Assembly (NCBI GenBank): GCA_964291235.2
Contig: OZ219816.1
Span: 480,001-544,000 of the forward strand
Length of the DNA stretch: 64,000 bases
Origin: Vicinamibacteria bacterium
GTDB taxonomy: Bacteria > Acidobacteriota > Vicinamibacteria > Marinacidobacterales > Marinacidobacteraceae
Direction of reading: 5' to 3'
Within the stretch, counting starts at the first letter, position 1; each line of letters opens with the position of its first letter. Made by a program: the position numbers and the translations under genes. Positions 46,929 to 56,749 of the stretch are shown here, piece by piece. Under the pieces are notes generated by a model. It saw nothing but the letters and a program-made list of their open reading frames with translations, was not told the DNA's origin and searched no databases.

Positions 46929-49900
46929 ATGAAGATGACTCTTTGGGTCTTGGGGTTCCTGATGGCACCCTCGCTCATCGCTGCCCAGGATGGCGGCATA
47001 TCGGGCACGGTGACGGACTTTGGCGGCGGAGCGCTGCCCGGGGTGACGGTCGAGGTGTCCGGTCCGGCACTGGCCGGCCCGCAGGTAGCGGTGACCGACC
47101 GCCGCGGAGCGTTCGCGCTGGCGGAGTTGCCTCCCGGCGACTACGTCGTCACCTTCGCCCTCGCCGGATTCGAGCAACTGGAGCGCGAGGTGGAGCTGGC
47201 CGCGGGGGCCACCGCGACGGTTGACGCGGAACTACAGCTCGGCGGGCTCTTCGAGGAAGTCACCGTGTCGGTGACCGGCACCGCCATCGAGGCGCCCGCC
47301 ATCAACATGCCGCACGCCGTGACGGTGGTCAGCCGCGAGACCCTGGAGCAGCAGGGAAGCACGCAGCTCGTGGATCTCTTCCGGAACCTGACGGTCAGCC
47401 ACGGCGTGGTCGGCGAACGGAACAGTTGGTACAACTCGAACCAGCCGGCGACCCTCACCGAGAACGTGGCCAACGTCAACCTGCGGGGCCTGGGCGCGTC
47501 GCGGACCCTCGTGCTCATCAACGGCCGGCGCCAGGTGCCGGTCCCGGCGCGCCTGATCGGCGGGCGCTTCGTGGACGTGAACACGATCCCCTCGATCGCC
47601 GTAGGCCGGCTCGAGGTGCTGAAGGAGGGCGCGTCGGCGACCTACGGTTCGGACGCGGTCGGCGGGGTCGCCAACTTCGTGACCCGCAGCGACTTCCGGG
47701 GCTTCGAGATCAACGTCGCGCACGACTACTTCGACGGCGGGGGCGACACCTCCGTCGCCGGCATCTGGGGATTCGACATGGGTTCCTCCAGCGCCGTCTT
47801 CTCCATGGAGCGGGTCGGCCGCCAGGAGCTGCAGATGTCGGAGCGGCCCTGGACGCTCGACCGCCTCAGCGAGTACCCCCCGGGGACCCGCGGGGGCTGG
47901 TCGAGCCTGGGCAACCCCGGGAACCTTCGCGGTGGGCGCGCCGGCGCCGTGGACCGCCGATGTCTTCGATCCCCGCTGCACCGATTTCGGCGGTATCGAC
48001 GAAGGCTGGACCTGCCGGTTCCGCTACGCCCCGTACGACAACCTGATTGACGAGTAGCAACAGACCCGCGCGTTCGCCGAGATCAACGGTCCCCTGGGCG
48101 AAGGGATCGAGTACCACATCGAGGGACTGTGGGCCGACGCCGTCATCCCGAACTGGTACACGACTCCGTCGTATCCACCGTTCCCGCTCACCAGCACGAC
48201 GGTCATGGAGGTCGGGGCCGACCATCCGGGCCGCCAGGCGTTTTGCGCCGTTTACGGCGGGGACCCGAAGGCCGATCCGAACGGCGCCTGCCTGGAAGGC
48301 TCCCCCTGGTACCTCAACGGCCGCCCGTACGGGAACTCTGGGCCCGGGCGCCGGCTGCGCCGCGAGTCGCGCACCCAGCGCGTCGCGGGTTCGCTGCACG
48401 GCGAGTTCATGGCGGGCGAACGGGACCTCCACTGGGACGCCGGCGTCAGCTACTCGCGGGCGCAGGGCAACCTGAACCTGCCGGCGGTCTATACGGACCG
48501 GATCTTCCGCGCCTTCCGCGGCTTCGGCGGCCCCAACTGCGGTGTGGGGGTGCAGGCGGACCACACCTCACCGGCGGGCATGACGCTCGGGCCGCTGGGC
48601 GGCGCGGTGGCCGGCCAGGGTCCCTGCATGTACTACAACCCCTTCAGCAACGCGGTCCAGTTCTCCGATCAGCCGGGATCGATCCTCGAGAACACCGCCA
48701 ACCCGGATTACGTCGCCGCACTGGCCAACTCCGAGGACCTGCGGCTGTGGCTCAACGAGGAAGTGGACCTGTTCAGCACCTCGGACATGTTCGTGGCCGA
48801 TCTCACGCTGAGCGGCAACCTCGTCGAGGATGTGGCCGACTTCGCCATCGGGTACCAGTACCGCCGGATGGAGGCCAATGGCAACCCGAACGACCCCGGA
48901 GACGTGACCGTCAACCCCTGTCAGGTGGCGGGCGACACGACCTGCGCGCCGGGGAGGCGGTTCGGGCCCTACCTGTTCACGAACGTCCACCGGCCCTACG
49001 ACGCGAGCCAGCAGGTGCAGCGGATGTTCGGTGAGCTGGCGGTCAAGGTCGGCTCCCGTCTCGACACCCAACTCGCCGCCAACTACGAGTTCTACAACGT
49101 CGCCGGCAGCCGGGTGGACAGCTTCGACCCGAAGATCGGCTGGCGCTTCCAGGCGGCCGAGAACCAGGACTTCTCGCTGTCCTTCCGCGGCTCGGCGCAG
49201 ACGACCTTCAGGACTCCCTCGCTCGACGACCTGAACACCAGCCCGCTGACGACCCTCGAATGGATCTCGGAGACCGGCGCCTACCAGGCGGTGGACCGCT
49301 TCGGGCGCACGGATCTGCTCCCGGAGCGGGCGTTCACCTACAACGCCGGCGTCGTCCTGTTCCTCGCCGGGGGCGTGGAAGCGACGGTGGACTACTGGAC
49401 CTACGACTTCGAGAACGTGATCGGGTCCATGCCCTACGACTCGATCTCGAGCCTCTACGCGGGCGGCGACGAGGCCACCCGGAACGCGGTGGCGCCGTTC
49501 ATCATCTGTCCCGGCGGCCGGGCCTCGGAACTGGCGATGGCGGACCGCTGCGACGCGCAGAACCTCCAGCGCATCCAGATCGACCTGGTGAACTGGCCGG
49601 GACTCACCACCTCGGGGATCGACACCCACCTGGCGGCCCGCACCGACGCGGGGCCGGGACAGCTCTCGCTCAGTTGGGATTCCACCTACACGCTCCGCTA
49701 CGACACCAGGGAGCTGCTGCTCGAGGGCACCGACCTGGTGCTCCGCGAGGAAGAGGAGGCCGCCGGTTTCCTGAACTTCGCGCACCCGATCGCGGTGCCC
49801 CTGCCCCGCTGGAAGAGCCGCTGGTCGGGCGCCTACGCCTGGGATCAATTCCGGCTGGCGAGCTACGTGAACTACATCTCGTCCTACGAGGATCAGGGGG

Positions 49901-50121
49901 ACGACGAGATCGTGCCCCTCATCGAGCCGTTCCTCACCTGGGACGTGAGCCTCCTGTGGCGCGGTCCCGGCGGGGTGAACCTCACGGTCTACGGGATGAA
50001 CCTGACCGGGCGGGTTCCCCCGTGGGTCAACATCGAACAGGCCTTCGACGGCTTCACCCACGACGCGAAGGGACGCCGGATCAAGGCGGCGCTGAGCTGG
50101 CGGTTCGGGAGCTGGCGGTAA
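46929..50121 (+). pseudogene. TonB-dependent receptor with carboxypeptidase-regulatory-like N-domain; frameshift near 47920 and TAG at 48055-48057
   Basis: ALPGVTV, EEVTVSVTG, NLRGLGASRTLVLINGRR, ASATYGSDAVGGVANF, C-terminal ALSWRF; frame restored by removing 1 nt at CCCGGGAACC. Confidence 0.9.
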
Positions 50122-50564
50122 GCTGGCCATCGCTCGCGGCAGGATACTCACCGACGCTAAGCGCGGCGTAGAATGGCCTACCCGGCGAGTTCGATCGCGG
50201 AGCGTTGCAAATGAGTATCAATCCTGCTGATCGTGCCGCTCCCGAACGTGCCGCAATGGGCAGTTCGCTCGAATCCTGCGGGATGTTCGAGGGGTCCGAT
50301 TTCATCGGCATGGGACCGGAGAGTGTGAACCGAGTGCGGCGACGCACCTCCATTCTCCGAGGCCATCTACCGCGTCCGAGTCGCACCCAGATCGCAATCC
50401 CCCCTCGCGTCACGGGCACTGAGGTCGGCGATCCCGGCAGACGAGACAGCGACAGACGATAGGGCACCACAGGGGAGCCTGAGCGCACCACACCACCGCC
50501 CGGGGGTGGCACGCGGACGTGCCGACTCAGCCGACTTGCAGGTTCGTTGAAAGGCGGCGATTGT

Positions 50565-51383
50565 TCAACCGAACGTACGACGAAGCACGAATTCGTAGAT
50601 CCCGTCGCCGAACCATTTCCGGATGAAGAGCATCGGTCGCGCTGCCGCGCCTTTGACGTAGCGCCGTCGCGGTTTGGCGGTCGTCACTGCCTCAATGAAC
50701 ACGCGGGCGAGAACCTCGGCGTCGGTGCCGCGGTTTGCGGCTTTGGGATCGGACATCATGGTGAAGAAGCGATCGAGTTGCGCCTGATACGCGGAGCCCG
50801 CGTAGTACTTCTGGAGCCCGCCTCCCAGGACCTGCCCGAATTCAGTCCGAATGAGACCCGGCTGGATGAGAACGACCTGAATATTGAAGGGCGCGGTCTC
50901 GATCCGCAGGCAGTCTGACCAACCTTCCAAAGCGTGCTTGGTCGCGTGATACCAAGCCCCGAAGGGAGTGAATATCCGCCCGCCCATGGACGATGTGTTG
51001 ATGATCCGTCCGGAGCCCTGTGCTCGCATGTGCGGCAGGACCAAACAAGTGAGGTGGGCGAGGCCGAAGAGGTTTACCTCGAACTGATACCTCGCGTCCT
51101 CAAGCGGGATATCCTCGACCGGCCCGTAGAGGCCGAAGCCGGCGTTGTTGATCAGCACGTCGATGCGGCCCTCCCCGTCGATGATCCGGGCCACCGCCCG
51201 TTCGTTGTCTTCGGGCTGGGTGACATCCATTGCGACCGAGATGATTCCCTCTGCGGAAAGGGCCTGCATGCGGTCCAGCCGGCGGGCACCGGCGTAAACG
51301 CGGTGGCCGGCGCGGGCGAGGACTATTGCGGCTTCACGGCCCATCCCAGACGAAGCCCCAGTGATCAGGATGGTCTTGCTCAT
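50565..51383 (-). CDS. Short-chain dehydrogenase/reductase
   Basis: TGASSGMG, NNAG, YHATK. Confidence 0.93.
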   Translation of the reverse strand: MSKTILITGASSGMGREAAIVLARAGHRVYAGARRLDRMQALSAEGIISVAMDVTQPEDNERAVARIIDGEGRIDVLINNAGFGLYGPVEDIPLEDARYQFEVNLFGLAHLTCLVLPHMRAQGSGRIINTSSMGGRIFTPFGAWYHATKHALEGWSDCLRIETAPFNIQVVLIQPGLIRTEFGQVLGGGLQKYYAGSAYQAQLDRFFTMMSDPKAANRGTDAEVLARVFIEAVTTAKPRRRYVKGAAARPMLFIRKWFGDGIYEFVLRRTFG

Positions 51384-51740
51384 AGGATGGGTCCTTTCCC
51401 GCGCTTTCAGTCCGGGTGAGGCAGTCGCGAACCTCGGCCCGGGGGTTTGCGGGCTAGGATTCGGGTGCGCGTGGTCATCCAGTGAGGCTCAGGGCGGCGA
51501 ACGGAACGCCAGTCTGTGAGACTGTCGAAACAATCGCGCGGGCCAACTCGGGATTAACTCCGGCTTGGACGCCGCGCTCGGCGATGGCGGCGGCATCGAT
51601 AAGCCATCAGGATCTCCTACGCTGGAGTGTATCGGAGGGGTTACGACAATCCTACCCTTGTGCGAACCCTCTGCCCCGTCGTCCCGAGTGCTCCTTGAGG
51701 GCTTCGGGCAACAAGCCACTGTCGATGGGATGTCATGAAG

Positions 51741-51990
51741 TCACGAGGCAGGGAGGATGACGTACACGACGGGCAGCAACGTGTCTAGAACCGCGCTGGA
51801 CCATGCATACACTCGCCTCCCCTGCTCGCCGTAGCCCTCCATCGCGGCGACGACCTCCGGGTAGGTGTATCCCGCCTTCACGTCGAGCATTTCACCCCCG
51901 TTGGGCAGGGCGGGGAACACAGCGAGGAGGGGCACGAGCACCGCTACCAGCGCGGCACTGAGCGGTGCCGGCAGCGTAGACCGCCAGGAA
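51741..51990 (-). pseudogene. Truncated hypothetical membrane protein
   Basis: MLDVKAGYT..YGEQGRRVY..LDTLLPVVY, cut at both ends. Confidence 0.45.
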
Positions 51991-52200
51991 GTGGTCGAAA
52001 GGTTCGCCGGTGCGCCCGTCTCCACGGTGCCAGACGCGCCCGCCGGGCAGCGCGGCAAACAGCAACGGCCAGGCGGCGGCGCTCGCGAGCATGGTTGCCA
52101 GGTCGGAGTCGGGGTTGCTCCAGGCTGCGACCAGCGCGGCCCAGCCGACCAGGACGCAGGCGACCGAGACCGCGAGCAGGTAGACGGCGGGGCGGGTCAA
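51892..52200 (-). CDS. Small membrane protein coupled to virB11, probably truncated or chimeric
   Basis: TTGA overlap with the virB11 stop; two hydrophobic segments. Confidence 0.4.
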   Translation of the reverse strand: MTRPAVYLLAVSVACVLVGWAALVAAWSNPDSDLATMLASAAAWPLLFAALPGGRVWHRGDGRTGEPFDHFLAVYAAGTAQCRAGSGARAPPRCVPRPAQRG

Positions 52201-53177
52201 GGTCCGGTCGGCGCGCCCGCTGCGGCGTCCTCGATGGTCCAGCTGTTGTCCTCGACCTGCCACCCGCGGACGTAGATCCCGTTCTCGACGACGCGGCGGC
52301 CGCGGATGCGGGCGGTGTGGAGGACGAGGGCGATGCCGTCCACGACGCTGCGGCAGACGACTTCCCAGGGAAGGGCGTCCCGGGCCGCCATGGCGCAGCT
52401 CGCGAGCCGGGAGAGGGCGGAGACGGCCGTGTTGGCGTGGATGGTGGTGAGGCTGCCGCCGTGGCCGGTGTTCAGGGCCTGCAGGAGGTCGGCGGCCTCG
52501 GCGCCGCGGATCTCGCCGACCACGATGTGGTCGGGCCGATGCCGGAGCGAGTGCTTCACGAGGCTCCGGACGGTGACGGGCCGGGTGTGCGTGTCCGCCG
52601 TGTCCGCTTCGCGGGCTTCGAAGCGCACGGTGTTTGGCTGCTCGATGCGCAGTTCCAGGGTGTCCTCGATCGAGACGATGCGCTCGTCCGGCGGGAGCAG
52701 CCCGATGAGGGCGTTGACGACGGTTGTCTTGCCGGTTCCGGTGCCTCCGGAGACGAGGATGTTGCGGCGGGCGGCCAGGGTCTTTCTGGCGGCCGTCATG
52801 AGAGCAGGGGGCAGCGAGCCGGCGCTGACGAGGTCCTCCGCGGTGAAGGCGCGCTTGCCGAAGCGGCGGATGGTGATGGCGACGTGGGGCGACGCCGGCG
52901 GGACGCAGATGGCGACGCGGGAGCCGTCCTCGAGGCGCGCATCGATGGTGGGCGAGACCTTGGGATCCAGCCCGAGCGGGCGGGCGATGTGGATGGCCGC
53001 CCGCTCGAGGGTGTCCCTGTCGAGCTTCGGGGCGTCGGCGGGGCGGAGACCCTGCCCTGTCCGCTCGACCCAGACGTTGTGCGGGCCGTTGATCATGAGT
53101 TCGGAGACGGCCATGTCGGCGAGGATGTCCTCGAGCCCGGGCAGGAACGGGCTGAGCCGGTCGATCCCGGTGCTCAT
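52197..53177 (-). CDS. virB11: VirB11/TrbB/CpaF-family ATPase
   Basis: SELMING, DARLEDGSRV, GGTGTGKT, IEDTLE, RPDHIVVGEIRG, TGHGGSLTTIHA; ATGA overlap with virD4. Confidence 0.92.
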   Translation of the reverse strand: MSTGIDRLSPFLPGLEDILADMAVSELMINGPHNVWVERTGQGLRPADAPKLDRDTLERAAIHIARPLGLDPKVSPTIDARLEDGSRVAICVPPASPHVAITIRRFGKRAFTAEDLVSAGSLPPALMTAARKTLAARRNILVSGGTGTGKTTVVNALIGLLPPDERIVSIEDTLELRIEQPNTVRFEAREADTADTHTRPVTVRSLVKHSLRHRPDHIVVGEIRGAEAADLLQALNTGHGGSLTTIHANTAVSALSRLASCAMAARDALPWEVVCRSVVDGIALVLHTARIRGRRVVENGIYVRGWQVEDNSWTIEDAAAGAPTGP

Positions 53178-55510
53178 ATCTGGCCGGCGGCGCGGGCGCG
53201 CCAGTAGGGGCGGTCGCGGGGGAGGTAGTGCGGCTTGAGATAGGCCCGGGTGGCGGGAAGCGCCTGGGCGCCGTCGTAGGCGAGCACGATGGCCTGGCAG
53301 TTCTCGAGAAGCGTGAACTGGCGGGCGTGGAACATCGGCTCGCGCTGCTCGCGGTAGGACTTCGAGGTTCCCAGCGTGCCCTTCGCGCCGCCGGCGCGGG
53401 CGGTGATCAGGGAGAAGCCGGGCTTGGCGGATTCGGTGAAGGAGTAGGACGGCGAGAGCCGCAGGATCTTCCCGCACATGTTGGAGGCGAGTTCGGCGCT
53501 GCTGTCGTCGCTGAGGGAGAGGAAGATCTTGGTCCGGAGCGTCTGCAGGAGGGTGCGCCAAGCGTCCTGCCCGGGAAGCACCGATTTGAGGGAACTGATG
53601 GACTGGGTGGCGACGATGGGGATGACGCGGCACTGGCGGGTGAGCGCGAAGGCTTTCTCGTCGCCTGAGGGGTCGTCTTCGCCGACGGAGGCAAAGGACT
53701 GGTATTCGTCGCAGAGGAAAACCGCGGGCCGCACGTAGCGGTTGGGGTGCAGCTTCATGGCGGCGGGCCGCTTGAGGAGACCCTGGAGCCAGGCGTTCTT
53801 GAGCATGACGCCGATGGTGCGGGCGAGGGCGGGGTTGGCCCCGGCCGGCATGTTGAGCGCCACGACCTTGCCGTCCTCGGCGAGCTTCTCGACCGGCGGG
53901 AGCGGCTGCAGGAGTGCGGCGCCGGTGGACGGCGGGGTTCCGGGGGGCGGCGGCGGCAGGTCCGCGGGCGGCGGGGTGCGCGGCCGGGGCCGGTCCGGAC
54001 AGAAGACGCGGGCGACCTCTGGGAGGTCGAACATGGAGAGGAAGACGGAGACGCCCTCGACGATGGAGGTGCGGAGCTTGGGGTCGAGCTGGAGCCAGTC
54101 GTGCTCGTACCAGCGCTGGATGGCGTCGATGCGGAGGGCGTGCTCGGAGCGCGGGCGCTCGGGTGGGTTGTCGACCGTGAACGGCACGCCCAGCGCCGTG
54201 AGCGTGTCCGCGAGCTCCTGGTCGGCGGGTGTGCGCATCCGGTCCTGGCCGGTCTCGGTCCAGGTGCGCCCCTTCTTGAGCTTGCTGTGGTTGAAGAGAT
54301 CGTGGGTCCTGACCAGAACGTCGTTGACGGGGGGCGGGTCGCTGAAGGAGCGCGCCCGCGCGAGCTTCTTGCCGATGAGTTCGGTGTCGATCGCGCAGTG
54401 GTAGAGGTCGCGGAACGTGCACCAGCGCTCGGGGAGGGCGCGGTGCAGCTCGATGAGCCAGCGGATGAGGTTGGTGTATGCCTGCTGCCAGAAGGGCTCC
54501 TTGGACTTGCCGAAGAGCTGGTTGAGGAGGGTGGCGACGGTGTAGGCGAGGGAGTAGCTGTCCATGTCGGACGCGAGCGGGTTCCACTGCCAGCGTCCGC
54601 CGATGCCGAGTTCGAGGTAGTCGTCGGGCCGGCCGGCCTGTTCCAGGACGGCGCGGATGTCGTGGCAGAAGTCGCCCTTGACTTCGAGGACGAGTCCGGC
54701 CGCGCGGCGGGCGGGATCGTCGGCCTGCCAGGAGAGGAGCTGGTCGGCGAAGGGGCGCATGCAGGCGGAGGTCTTGCCGGTGCCGACGGCCCCGAAGATG
54801 GCGATGCCGGTGAAGAGGCCGCGTTCGGGCAGGGTGAGCCACTCCGGCCCGGTGGTCTCCCGGGCCTCGGTGGGGTGGTGGAGTTCTCCGACCACGAGAG
54901 AGGGGGCGGGGTCCTGGGGGCCATTGGGCCAGGGGGGCAGGACGCCGCGCCCGGGGAGGCGGCGGCCCGCCGGGGAATCGAGCCAGAGGCGGCGGATGCT
55001 GGTGGCGACGAGCAGCCCCCCGCCGGCGACGACGGCGGGAGCCACGAGGAACCACCCGCGGATGACGTTGTAGAAGACGGGGTCCTCGAGGGCGATGAGG
55101 TCGAGGAGGGGCACCTCGCCGGGCGCGGGGAAAGAGCGGGAGAGGATGGACCAGGCGAGCGCCGCGAGGCCGAGGACGATGGCGACGACGGTGCGCCAGC
55201 TGAGGAGCCGGCCGAACGATGCCTCGGAGTTGCGTAGGCGCAAAACCGCCCACGAGAAAGACCCTGCCAGCGCGCGACGGAGGTCGGGTCCCAGCCAGAA
55301 TGCGAGCAGGGTGAGGGAGAAGGCCCCGAGGGCGGGGCCGGCGTAGAACCAGGCCCGGAGGATCTGGTAGCCGGCGGGATCCTTGAGCGCGATGAGGTCG
55401 AGGAGAGGGACGGCGCCCTCCGTCGGGAAGCCGCCCTGGCGGACCGTGACGAGGAGCGCCAGGAGCGCGGCGGCCGCCGGAAAAAGGAAGCGTGGCGAGG
55501 AGAGCGTCAT
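53174..55510 (-). CDS. virD4: Type IV coupling protein (VirD4/TraD-like)
   Basis: GAVGTGKT, LEVKGD, WNPL, FLCDEYQ, VATQSISSL; N-terminal TM segments. Confidence 0.88.
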   Translation of the reverse strand: MTLSSPRFLFPAAAALLALLVTVRQGGFPTEGAVPLLDLIALKDPAGYQILRAWFYAGPALGAFSLTLLAFWLGPDLRRALAGSFSWAVLRLRNSEASFGRLLSWRTVVAIVLGLAALAWSILSRSFPAPGEVPLLDLIALEDPVFYNVIRGWFLVAPAVVAGGGLLVATSIRRLWLDSPAGRRLPGRGVLPPWPNGPQDPAPSLVVGELHHPTEARETTGPEWLTLPERGLFTGIAIFGAVGTGKTSACMRPFADQLLSWQADDPARRAAGLVLEVKGDFCHDIRAVLEQAGRPDDYLELGIGGRWQWNPLASDMDSYSLAYTVATLLNQLFGKSKEPFWQQAYTNLIRWLIELHRALPERWCTFRDLYHCAIDTELIGKKLARARSFSDPPPVNDVLVRTHDLFNHSKLKKGRTWTETGQDRMRTPADQELADTLTALGVPFTVDNPPERPRSEHALRIDAIQRWYEHDWLQLDPKLRTSIVEGVSVFLSMFDLPEVARVFCPDRPRPRTPPPADLPPPPPGTPPSTGAALLQPLPPVEKLAEDGKVVALNMPAGANPALARTIGVMLKNAWLQGLLKRPAAMKLHPNRYVRPAVFLCDEYQSFASVGEDDPSGDEKAFALTRQCRVIPIVATQSISSLKSVLPGQDAWRTLLQTLRTKIFLSLSDDSSAELASNMCGKILRLSPSYSFTESAKPGFSLITARAGGAKGTLGTSKSYREQREPMFHARQFTLLENCQAIVLAYDGAQALPATRAYLKPHYLPRDRPYWRARAAGQI

Positions 55511-55729
55511 GGGAGCGGCCCGCTCGGGCATGCGTAAACGACGAGGGGCACGGCCCCCGCCAGGACAAGCGCCTTGGCGACGAGATGTCGCAAGGTTCTC
55601 ATCGCCTTCCCGCAGGGATCAGTGCGTCACGAGTGACGGCTGGGAGCGACCCGGACACGGAAGAAGGCACGCATAACGCGGCCCGATTCCGTGCCGCATT
55701 TCCTGTGGAAATGGGGGGGTCGCTCCCTT

Positions 55730-55871
55730 CCCCGCCTGCCCGCTGAAATGCGGGCAGGCGGGGCGGTCCCAAAGGGACCGAACCACGACGGCGAGAACGA
55801 GAATCGGGCGAGTTGTGGTGCATCACGCGGCGCGTGATGAGACGCATAACGAGGGGTGGTGCTCGTTATGC
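55730..55871. repeat. Cluster of three perfect inverted repeats upstream of virD4
   Basis: 14-bp arms 55730-55763 (6-nt loop); CATCACGCG-G-CGCGTGATG 55821-55839; GCATAACGAG-N8-CTCGTTATGC 55844-55871. Confidence 0.85.
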
Positions 55872-55942
55872 AAGGCGAGACGACCCGTCGCTCGTCCGCG
55901 GGAGGGCGGTGAGCGGTGAGGCTTCAGCCGTCACGGGCCTGA

Positions 55943-56212
55943 TCACGCATCGTTGTCGTCCGCGGGGGAATCCGCGGCGGCGTTGAGTTCGGCGAGCGCA
56001 CGGTGTGTGTCGTGCGCGAGCAGAGCGAGGTGCGGCAGGTCGTTGATGCCGAAGCTGGAGCGGCTGCGCCAGCCGTCCTCGGTCTTGTAGAGGCGCGAGA
56101 AGGTGGCCGAGTGGAACGTGTTCTCGTCGGCCTCGTTGCGCCAGATGGCGGCGCGGCAGGTGCCGACCCGGAGTTCGTCGACGGGCGGTGCGTTGTTCGT
56201 GCTGGTGGTCAT
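55943..56212 (-). CDS. Small putative ssDNA-binding protein (PC4/Whirly-like)
   Basis: PVDELRVG..AAIWRN..TFSRLYK..GW..SSF..DLP, acidic tail; SD GAGGAGG. Confidence 0.65.
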   Translation of the reverse strand: MTTSTNNAPPVDELRVGTCRAAIWRNEADENTFHSATFSRLYKTEDGWRSRSSFGINDLPHLALLAHDTHRALAELNAAADSPADDNDA

Positions 56213-56239
56213 GGAAGCCTCCTCGGGGGGCGTCAGGGG

Positions 56240-56740
56240 TCATGGGCGGAAGTTGAGCCGTTCGACCAGGTCGATGCCGTGGGCCACGTAGAACAGGAAG
56301 GCCTTTTCGACCTGGGGGTCGGTGGGCGGTGCGCAGGTCGGGATGGCGCAGAACTGCAGGAGGCGCACGGTGACGGTGGGCTCGTTGGAGTCGTCGAACC
56401 AAACGGTGAAGCCGCGCCGCGATCCACGGGTCGGCCTGACCGTCTCCAGGAGCGGGCCGCGGAAGGGCAGGGCCGAGTACTTCTCGAGCCAGTGCCGGGC
56501 GCGGACCCAGACGGTGCGGACGCACTCCGGGTGCTCTTCGGTGTCGCATGTGACCGAGTTGGTCACGTCGGCTTGCCGCAGCGCGGCGTCGATCGCATCC
56601 TCGTCCGAGTGGCCGACCAGCGGGAGTGGCGCGACGGCGTTGTTCAGCGCGTCGCAGGATGCGAAGGACAAGAGGGAGATGAGCAGGACGCACCCGACAA
56701 ATGGAACGGGGCGCTGGCTCGTGAGGAACGGAAGGGGCAT
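56240..56740 (-). CDS. Hypothetical exported protein or lipoprotein
   Basis: Hydrophobic leader ending FASC; four further Cys. Confidence 0.55.
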   Translation of the reverse strand: MPLPFLTSQRPVPFVGCVLLISLLSFASCDALNNAVAPLPLVGHSDEDAIDAALRQADVTNSVTCDTEEHPECVRTVWVRARHWLEKYSALPFRGPLLETVRPTRGSRRGFTVWFDDSNEPTVTVRLLQFCAIPTCAPPTDPQVEKAFLFYVAHGIDLVERLNFRP

Positions 56741-56749
56741 GGCTGCGGC

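Noticed and set aside
35164-48057. Possible stop-codon reassignment suggested by in-frame stops
   Set aside because: The three cases use different stops (TGA, TAA, TAG), each one base from the expected sense codon, and all three stops terminate core genes normally
51384-51740. Possible IS ends (GAGACTGTCGAAAC, TGTCATGAAG) upstream of the SDR gene
   Set aside because: No partner repeat or transposase remnant found; too short to support
52197-55568. 1123-aa ORF suggesting a giant VirB11 fusion
   Set aside because: Only the last 326 aa are VirB11; the upstream part is an Arg/Pro-rich alternate frame of virD4. The same applies to 59115..61226 and 56750..58345
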